Shown here: positions 56,100 to 64,000 of the stretch, piece after piece
Layout: every line of letters begins with the position of its first letter
Numbering within the stretch: position 1 is the stretch's first letter
Assembly: GCA_020184695.1 (NCBI GenBank)
Contig: JAANOX010000268.1
Location: forward strand, 186,001-250,000
Reading direction: 5' to 3'
Origin: Histomonas meleagridis 2922-C6/04-290x
Taxonomy: Eukaryota; Protista; Parabasalia
Length of the DNA: 64,000 bases
The notes under the pieces: generated by a model
Told to the model about the DNA's origin: nothing
What the model saw: only the letters and a program-made list of their open reading frames with translations
Database searches by the model: none
Made by a program: the position numbers and the translations under genes

Positions 56100-56477
56100 T
56101 CAAATCATAGAACGAAGTATGGAGATAGCTTCATTTTCATCATTGTTACACATAAACAGGACTTGAGATATTTCAAACATATTTAACGTTCCGCCAAACT
56201 CTTTTATGATTTTGTCGCTAATTTTGATCTTTTCTTTGTTTTCATCCTTCGAATCATTTACATTTTTCTCTAATAACATAAGAGCTGCATCATTAAGATT
56301 ACTGCCGGCTCTTTTGAGAGCTTTCCTGCAATCTTCATCTGATGCATCATTAATTATAAACTTTAATTTGGAAATTTGTCTTTCAATCGGATCACCTTTA
56401 GCAGAACATGGAAGCCTATATTGCCCAGGTGTAATTTCGTTGTTGCTTTGTTTAGTTGTTTGTTCAACAGTGCTCAT
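56100..56477 (-). CDS. Small protein with two UBA/CUE-like motifs
   Basis: CRKALKRAGSNLNDAALMLL and ISQVLFMCNNDENEAISIL. Confidence 0.6.
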   Translation of the reverse strand: MSTVEQTTKQSNNEITPGQYRLPCSAKGDPIERQISKLKFIINDASDEDCRKALKRAGSNLNDAALMLLEKNVNDSKDENKEKIKISDKIIKEFGGTLNMFEISQVLFMCNNDENEAISILRSMI

Positions 56478-56911
56478 TAAATAAAAATGAACTTATTCTT
56501 CTCCATAAAATATTGCGGTTTATGAAATCTATATTTTGCCATAAATCAGACAGAATTTTTCTATCGTTCAACCGGAGGCTTTACATTCGACCAAATTAAC
56601 ATTCATTGTCAAAAGGCCCTGTCAAAACGAAAAGTTAACATTTTCCCGGCATTTTTTGTGTCGTAATTTTAATATATTTTGCCAAGTTGATTGAAAAACT
56701 TTCGAGATTTGAATTGATTAAAAAAGATGTCACTTTTCTCGTCATTACTTAACCAACGGTTATGATGAAAATAAGAATAATATTATCTAAATGCGAATCA
56801 TATTTTTAAAAGTGTCATTTTTTTCATCGGTATGCACAGAAAAAATTGAGAAAGCTATTGAATTGATTGAAAAAAAACTTGTTTAAAATTGGTAAGAAGA
56901 ATTATAACACA

Positions 56912-58195
56912 TTATATTTTAGATATTTCACTTTTGATTTTTTCGATGTCTTCATTAACTCTAATGATTTTGTGATTTGAACTTTCCAAGTATTTTGCAG
57001 CTTGACTTAAATCAGAATTAACATCTTTCATTATCAAAATTATTGGTGATTCTTTAGGAAGCCACAAGCCATTTAAAACCAAGTCATTATCGTCATAACT
57101 TATAAGTGCTTTTGCAGTTGACAATGATTTAATCTGATTTCCATCAAATTCAAGTTTCTTAACGTTCTCCAAATTAAGTAACGGCAAAAGTGTCTTTTTA
57201 ACGTTCAAATATATAACGTCTCCTCTTGATGAGTTTTCAGGAACTATGTTCGAACGGAGTTGGTCAAAATCTTCTTCTTCTTCGATCCTCTCGTTGTTCT
57301 GCGCTATTGCAAGGTGGCCAAAGCAAATCCTTTGAACCATAGGCACCAATCTATTTCCTGATGCCTTACGAACAATGTCTTTAATGTTTTCAGGAACATC
57401 AGGATTTTTGAAGATAATAACATCTCCATTTCTTGCATGATTAAATGAAGGTATAATAATCTTTTCGAACTGCTCAAGCGTGCTCATTGAGTTTATTTGG
57501 TCAGAATTCATATCAAACATAAAAGCATTATCGTAATTATTACTAACTAATTTGGAATAATCTTCTTTTGGTTGCCTTTTATGATCAATCGCATCACCTA
57601 ATACCTTATACCCAATAAGGTTACTTTGTGTAAATATGACGAATTTATTGTTTTCCATGCAAATATTTGTAAATTCTTGATTCAGATGAAATATTGTATA
57701 TTGAGAAGGACGGTCATATGGCTGAACAAAGCTGTTTATAGTTGTTATCTTCTTGTCCAGGCAATAAATATCAAATGAAGTTTCGCCTTCTTGAAGGAGT
57801 TCAAAATGGATAACATAATTATGCGGACCCATTGAATAGATTCCACATTTATCTTCACTACGCATCTCCTGTTGTAGGTATTGACCACTAATTTTAATTC
57901 TTATTAGACGCCATAATTGAGTTTCTGTCCATTGACGAGCCATTTGTTTGGACGAATTCATCATTATACGACATTGTCTCTCTGTTATGCCCACTTGTAT
58001 TTGATCAATTGCTCTGCATTCAGGACATGATTCATTTTCGAGAAATTTATTGTAAATTGGATAAATTTGTTGACCTTTTGAAAAAAGGTGTCCAATCAAA
58101 TGAAAAATTAAGAGCACAATGCCAATTGTTACAAACATTGGGCAAGGTAAATTTTCACATAGTTCTTCAATTAAGTTTTCTTTTTCTTTGCCCAT
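56912..58195 (-). CDS. Type II membrane protein, possibly a degenerate GT61-like glycosyltransferase
   Basis: N-terminal TM anchor. C-terminal QIKSLSTAKALIS...LNGLWLPKESPIILI echoes the GT61 motif region. Confidence 0.5.
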   Translation of the reverse strand: MGKEKENLIEELCENLPCPMFVTIGIVLLIFHLIGHLFSKGQQIYPIYNKFLENESCPECRAIDQIQVGITERQCRIMMNSSKQMARQWTETQLWRLIRIKISGQYLQQEMRSEDKCGIYSMGPHNYVIHFELLQEGETSFDIYCLDKKITTINSFVQPYDRPSQYTIFHLNQEFTNICMENNKFVIFTQSNLIGYKVLGDAIDHKRQPKEDYSKLVSNNYDNAFMFDMNSDQINSMSTLEQFEKIIIPSFNHARNGDVIIFKNPDVPENIKDIVRKASGNRLVPMVQRICFGHLAIAQNNERIEEEEDFDQLRSNIVPENSSRGDVIYLNVKKTLLPLLNLENVKKLEFDGNQIKSLSTAKALISYDDNDLVLNGLWLPKESPIILIMKDVNSDLSQAAKYLESSNHKIIRVNEDIEKIKSEISKI

Positions 58196-58524
58196 TTTGA
58201 AAATAAACGTCTATTTATGTCTACATGAATAGTTTATGCAAAAGTGTCTTACTCAAAAGTCTGAAATAAAAAATTGGTTAATACACATTTTAGTTTTAAA
58301 GTATAGTCATGTATCCTGTAGCCACCAGTTTTGTTTTAGTTAGTTCATGATTTTAATAATAAAATGCATTTTCTACATCATTTAAACGAAATAATGGTAA
58401 GTACGATTCTCATGAAAAATATGCTTTCATATGCTTAATAAACCAGATGAAAAATTGTTGATATTATGTTAAACTTAAAATTATCAATATTGATAAATTG
58501 TAAATTTATAGATTTATATAAATT

Positions 58525-59736
58525 TTATATAAAAACATTTTGTCTAGTTTGGTCAAGATTAGGTTGTTGAATTTTTAAAGGAAGGTAGATCATTTGGTCA
58601 GGCCATTCTTCGTCTGATGGAAAAATCATTGAATAATTATGCGTTGGATTAATAACCTCAATTGGCTCTGTTATTTCAATTTTGGGAACTTCTTCCACTG
58701 TTTCTTCTTCATCAAATTCGTTTTCCTTTTCATCATAATAAATGTTTGCCAATACATCGACAAACCCAGGTGTAAATTTACTCCACCTGTTCATGTATGT
58801 TGGTGTCCAGATTCTAATTGACGAAGTATCAGCAGAGTATAGAACTGGATGTACTGGATGAGCTATCAGTCCCGTAACGGTCTCTGGCGGACCGTTTAAG
58901 TTATTAACGATTTCATTTGAACCGCCGGAGATGTTATATATAAAAAGTGAACACTTCCCTGGTGATTCAGATGCAAAATAAACAAACTTGTCTTTCCCTT
59001 CGAAAGCCATCATTGAGAATTTTGCTACGCTTTCATTGATTTCTCCAATATACTCTGAACCAAATCCTACAGTATAAATATTAACTTTTTCGCGAGTGAG
59101 AACAAGCAAATAAAATCCATTGTGAGAAACTTCAATTGATGTTATATTGGGACGCTTTCGTTCTGTAAACTTTCGTTCAGAAATAAGCTCAAGATTTTCA
59201 TCATAGAAAGAAACTGTTTCACCATTTGTTAAAAGTATTCGAACGTGATGATCTTCCTCCTCGTATGTGGGACACCAGCATGCTGATACTGTATTTTCTT
59301 CAAATAAATGTTCTTCATTTGTCTCAATATTTAAAAGATATAATGAATGATCTTCTGTAAGAATTAAAACTTCTGCTAATGATCTGGGTGAAAATGAAAC
59401 TTTGAGAATGGGGGTTTGATAGGGTTTTTTGAAAATGATATTGTTGTCCAAGAAATTAAGAACTTGAAAAATTCCCATTGAATCTCCAGATGCAATTAGT
59501 TTTCCATCTCGTGAAAATGATACAGACTTTATTGCATTCCCATCAGTTGTAAAAGTATATTGATTAGATCCTGTTTCAGAATCACAAACAATTAACTTTC
59601 CATTGATAAATCCAACACACATCATGTATCCATGAAAACTTAGTGAAAAAGATGTTATCGTCTCATCGAAGTCGATAGATGAATTCCATTGATCTGGAAT
59701 CTGAGGAAGATCATCTTCAAAAAGAGATCGATCCAT
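58525..59736 (-). CDS. RBBP5: WD40 COMPASS subunit RBBP5/Swd1
   Basis: WD40 propeller plus NRWSKFTPGFVDVLANIYYDEKENEFD, which matches the RBBP5 WSAFAPDF...YEERESEFD segment. Confidence 0.82.
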   Translation of the reverse strand: MDRSLFEDDLPQIPDQWNSSIDFDETITSFSLSFHGYMMCVGFINGKLIVCDSETGSNQYTFTTDGNAIKSVSFSRDGKLIASGDSMGIFQVLNFLDNNIIFKKPYQTPILKVSFSPRSLAEVLILTEDHSLYLLNIETNEEHLFEENTVSACWCPTYEEEDHHVRILLTNGETVSFYDENLELISERKFTERKRPNITSIEVSHNGFYLLVLTREKVNIYTVGFGSEYIGEINESVAKFSMMAFEGKDKFVYFASESPGKCSLFIYNISGGSNEIVNNLNGPPETVTGLIAHPVHPVLYSADTSSIRIWTPTYMNRWSKFTPGFVDVLANIYYDEKENEFDEEETVEEVPKIEITEPIEVINPTHNYSMIFPSDEEWPDQMIYLPLKIQQPNLDQTRQNVFI

Positions 59737-60120
59737 CCCTTTTGTGTAGAGAACGTTAAATAATAAACGTACACAAATAAGTCAAAAATTTGCACTTTTG
59801 TTCCTGCCAATAAACTATTCAATTTTCTAAAGAAACCGTTGCAACCTGATTTGGAATGAAATGAAATATTATAGTTGTTTTATATCAAAATATTTCTTGA
59901 GATCACCAACTCTTTCCCTACTTTTGTGTACTCTTATGAGGGCAATAATTATTATTTCAATTTTGTAATGAAAAATCAGATAGAATATGTCATGAACACA
60001 CCATAAATATCTATTTTCCACATAAAGTCTTAACAAAAAGATAAAATTTTTTTGATTGAACAATGCTATATTACATTTCAAAATTAGAAAAAAAAAAAAA
60101 AAAATAAACGTAAGCCAATT

Positions 60121-60789
60121 TTACTGAATGAAACAAACTTCTTTTCTTCCATCAGGATTGTTCTCCTCATTGTTGTCAAGGTGGTTATTAATGTTCTCTT
60201 GCTTTTGCACTGGTTTCTGATTTGATTTAAATTTAAGCTTCATTTTTGACTCTTTTCCATTTTCATCTGATCCAGGAATTTGTTGGACCAAATCTAATCC
60301 GATTTTATCAAAAACGCCTTGACAACTATTTTGATCAGAAAATGTTGCCTCTAAAAATGTGGCATTAAATTGAGACGCAGTTTTTCTTCCTTCATCTGGT
60401 TGAACTTGTGGTTCTTTGTTTTGACTTTTAGTAAATGCTACAACATATAGAAGTATTTTTGGATCAGTTATACACTGTCGAGTATCAGAAATATATCGAA
60501 TTATTTCATCATACGTTTCTCTGGAAGTTGTCTTATATAAAAATATGATTGCATTAGCACCATAGAAGAATGAACGTGTAATTCGCATAAATTTTTCACT
60601 TCCTGCAGTATCCCGAATTTGCATTTTAATCTGTCTACCACAAATGGTTGTCTGGTATATCTTAAAATCAACTCCAATAGTCGTCATATATGATTCTGAA
60701 AAATTTGGATCAACTGCTCGAAGTAAAAAGGCTGTTTTTTTGGCTTTATTTGATCCAATAATAAAAACCTTACCCAAAGATTCTTCCAT
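60121..60789 (-). CDS. Divergent Rab-like GTPase
   Basis: TIGVDFKI, DTAG.EKF, ITRSFFYGA and CAAX-like CFIQ. G1, G4 and G5 motifs are degenerate. Confidence 0.8.
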   Translation of the reverse strand: MEESLGKVFIIGSNKAKKTAFLLRAVDPNFSESYMTTIGVDFKIYQTTICGRQIKMQIRDTAGSEKFMRITRSFFYGANAIIFLYKTTSRETYDEIIRYISDTRQCITDPKILLYVVAFTKSQNKEPQVQPDEGRKTASQFNATFLEATFSDQNSCQGVFDKIGLDLVQQIPGSDENGKESKMKLKFKSNQKPVQKQENINNHLDNNEENNPDGRKEVCFIQ

Positions 60790-60860
60790 TGGCCTAAAAT
60801 ATACTTATGATTCTTATTCCTGCCCTATTTCTTTGCAGAGAAAAATGCATTGAATTATTG

Positions 60861-62100
60861 TCAAAAGTCATTCAAAAACGCGTTGAATGTAAAATTAGCA
60901 GAACCAAACAGTGCATTACATACCAATTTGTGTGCTATTTTAGCTTGTATTTTCTTCGGTGGGAACAGTTTTTGAATGCTTATCCACGTTTCATTATAAA
61001 TTGCACCTAATGAACTAATTACGAATATATGAAATTCGACATCAATTCCGTTTTCTCTTATTTCTTCAATTAGATTATTGTACTTAGCCCTTTTATTGTT
61101 AAAAGCTGTTTCTAATGTACTATGGTTGTTAGAGAAGTTAGCATATGGACAAGTGATTTCTATAATAGTCATTTTTTGTCTATTGTTTGTGATAACAATA
61201 GTATCAGGTCTTAAATTCTTCGATCTCTCGGATAAATTATCCAGTGGAACATTTCTATTTTCTAAAATTTCTTCTACTTGTTTATTTTTAATAATTTGTT
61301 CACGAATAATTGTCGAAATTTTGTTATGTCTAATGTTAATTAAATGATAACTTGAAATACACTTATTTAATATATGCAAAAGACTAACATTAGCGAATAC
61401 ATTACTTTGCTCACAAACAATGCAATTCTTATGAGGAATATTATTATATAATTCAACATTAGCAGGAGTAGGTAAAGTATTAGTTCTTGCTTTAATAGCG
61501 AATATAAATAAGTTATCTTCTATTGGACGTTTAACATTGATTATAAATCCATTTGAATAAGGAGCATTCTTTAAACTATGGAAACCATGTAAATGTAATG
61601 TAGGTTGATTTAATTGTTCTTGCCATCTTCTTTTAACAATATTGTTAATGAAATTAGCTATTGCTTTATAATTATTACATTCTTTACTATAATTTGTTTT
61701 TTGATCTTTTATGATAATTGTTTTATCAATTATCTTAATGAAAATATTTAATTTTTCGGCGGCTTTTAATGCCCTATAAGGTAAACAATTAGTACCGCTT
61801 TTGACATTTTCATTATAGTTTTTCCAATTTAAAAATATATTATCGTCCATTTGAGTTTCTTCAATGTTTCTTAACTTTCGTTCATCATTTATAGATATAT
61901 TAATTAATTTATTAAGTTTATCAGAATTTGGTAATATTAGAAGTTTTAAGAATGATTTGATTATAGTACAATAATTTATAGTTTCTAGATTAGGTATTGC
62001 TAATCCACCATCTTTCCAACTTGAATGATAACACTGTATTGGTAAATTAGTTTTAAATATATTATTTTTAACTCATTCTTAAACAGCATTTTCCAAAGAT
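60861..62100 (-). mobile_element. 5'-truncated non-LTR retrotransposon fragment, RLE (R2/NeSL-like) type
   Basis: Open frame 62072..60861 (404 codons incl. stop) with post-RT WKDGGLAIP, zinc knuckle CIVC...HILNKC, RHN, RPD...IIEITCP endonuclease core, KRAKY and VISSLGA. RT core is absent. Confidence 0.82.
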
Positions 62101-62452
62101 ATCTTCAAAAAAAAAATAATATATTATGGTTTTCAACGTTTGTTCCATATCCTATTAAATCATTTATCTTTCATTTAATACCATAAATTATCTCAAGACA
62201 TCTCACAACTTTTTATTGATCTGAACATTAATAAGGAACTATTTAAAGAAGAAGAACACACAATCCGAATATCAAAATGGTAAAGAAATTCAGATGTCAT
62301 AAATTGCATTAGCTAATTCTTGTCTTCAAACTCAGCTGAGTATTAACATGTCAACGACTAAAAGAGAAGAAAAGTGATTTATGTCAAAATTTAACTTTAC
62401 TTTTCATGGAAATTAATCATTTGAAAAGAAAACAATCAAATTGTTGGTACAT

Positions 62453-63403
62453 TTAGTAGATTCCTCCCATTGCATATCCCATTTGAAGCATTTGGTTTGA
62501 GAATTGTGCATAGTTTTGTGCAAAAGATGTTTGCGGATACTGAGGATATGGCTGTTGGTACTGTGGCTGCATGTACTGTTGTTGTGGACACTGCTGTGGA
62601 TATTGGGATTGCATTTGTTGCTGTGGATATTGGGATTGCATTTGCTGCTGTGGATATTGTGGTTGCATTTGTTGCTGTGGATATTGTGGTTGCATTTGTT
62701 GCTGTGGATATTGTGGTTGCATTTGTTGCTGTGGATATTGTGGGTACTGTTGTTGAGGATACTGTGGTGGCATTTGTGGTGCTTGTGGTTGTGACATTGG
62801 CTGTGGAATTTGTGGTTGTTGGATTTGAGGAATTTGCTGTGGGATTTGTGGTTGTGGCATTTGTGGCTGGGGTGGTCGAGGTGTTTGTTGTGGTGCTTGC
62901 TGTGGGATATTTTGTTGACCATTCATAAAAACATTTGCTACACTTGGGTTCATAGATGAAGCAAATGAACTAATAGACTGAGTAATTTGTGTTGTGCTTG
63001 ATTCTGGCTTGAATGGTGTAACGCCTGAATGAGCGATATGAATAACTAATCTAATTTGACCTCCTTTTTTAACACCTTTAACTGGGGTCATTGGGTACCA
63101 CTTGTCAACAACTTTGTTGAAATTGATTTTAGATAAATCTATTGTAGTACTTGAAATAGGATCATCAGCAGAAACTGTATCATGATCTTTCAAGTAAACT
63201 TGAAGCCTTTTGTTTTGGTCGTTTCCAAGGGGAATATGGAATTCTTCATTCCATACAGGTTTATATGTATTTTTGATGAATTTAGTTGTATAGCGAGTAG
63301 CTCCTTCAGCGGCAAGGTTTATTATGCAATAAGGATCAGCCTTCCCAATTATATCCATTTTTGGAAGACCTGCTGCTTCGACGACTCTGATGTGGAGTTG
63401 CAT
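62453..63403 (-). CDS. C2-domain protein with Q/P-rich XYPPX-like tail
   Basis: C2 motifs LPKMDIIGKADPY, TYKPVWNEEF and DHDTVSADD, followed by PQQQMQPQY repeats. Confidence 0.9.
   Translation of the reverse strand: MQLHIRVVEAAGLPKMDIIGKADPYCIINLAAEGATRYTTKFIKNTYKPVWNEEFHIPLGNDQNKRLQVYLKDHDTVSADDPISSTTIDLSKINFNKVVDKWYPMTPVKGVKKGGQIRLVIHIAHSGVTPFKPESSTTQITQSISSFASSMNPSVANVFMNGQQNIPQQAPQQTPRPPQPQMPQPQIPQQIPQIQQPQIPQPMSQPQAPQMPPQYPQQQYPQYPQQQMQPQYPQQQMQPQYPQQQMQPQYPQQQMQSQYPQQQMQSQYPQQCPQQQYMQPQYQQPYPQYPQTSFAQNYAQFSNQMLQMGYAMGGIY
62560..62770 (-). repeat. 27-bp tandem repeat (YPQQQMQPQ), about 6-7 units
   Basis: TTGCTGTGGATATTGTGGTTGCATTTG units on the + strand. Confidence 0.88.
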
Positions 63404-64000
63404 GCTAATAAAATTTTAACTGACTTAATTCCGTTATTTGTATACTTATTCAAATTTGAATGCACGGGAGTAGCCGCCTGTTCTCCAACAAAATTTATTT
63501 CGTAATCTTTTGATATGGCTTTAGATAATTTGTCAAATAATAATAATTTATCCTAAACATATAATCGTACGCATTATATTTTAATTTTTTCGAAAATAAC
63601 CTTAAATATTCTAAGATATTTTAATTTTAATTCGGTATCACCACTTTCGTTAACGTGCACCATATAAAAAATGCAAAAATATCTGTGAAATCATTCTAAG
63701 CATTGATCGTGTTATATTTTTCAATTTAATAAGAATAGCAAATCAAAAGGATATGTTGGCGAAAAATTTTAATAAATTATCATTAAAAATTTAGAATTCA
63801 TCCAGAAATAACTATTCGAAAAATTACTTCCATTTTCATTGGTGTACCCCAAACACAAAACGTTACCCATTCAAAAAGTGACACCGCTATTTGAGGTATA
63901 GCCACTTTTTAACCTCACAAGAGGCAATGTCTCTTTTAGATGGGCAAGATCAGACTCCTATTCAACCATTTCCACAAGAATTTCCAAATCTTAAAACAAC

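Noticed and set aside
3091-63403. Functional cluster of membrane-trafficking genes (DOCK, epsin, Rabs, Vps2, C2)
   Set aside because: They are scattered among unrelated genes on both strands, and these families are highly expanded in parabasalids.

Overview
AT-rich, gene-dense eukaryotic DNA in which I recognised no canonical introns. The gene content (BspA-type LRR surface proteins, class II ribonucleotide reductase, divergent Rabs, short intergenic regions, TCATTT initiators) points to a parabasalid, probably Tritrichomonas-like; this is inference. The window holds about 27 intact CDSs (DOCK-like GEF, CTL transporter, epsin, two BspA, Mtr4, Cdc25, HSP70, UCH, eS1, p97-like, IPK, Rabs, LRR-PP2C, Vps2, RFC2, RBBP5, C2-XYPPX and others), one tRNA-Gly(GCC), a decayed 1.75 kb pogo-type transposon with TIRs and TA duplication, a 5'-truncated RLE non-LTR retrotransposon fragment and a disrupted third BspA. 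Three observations stand out. (1) Two unlinked ankyrin arrays have each 90-nt ankyrin block separated by an AT-rich, frame-breaking spacer that is almost always exactly 80 nt and cannot be removed by canonical GT-AG splicing. (2) An otherwise perfect NrdJ gene is broken at four A7 runs, each by the same +2 offset. (3) All three BspA loci share a long stop-free, two-hydrophobic-segment N-terminal extension. All work was by eye; no searches were run.
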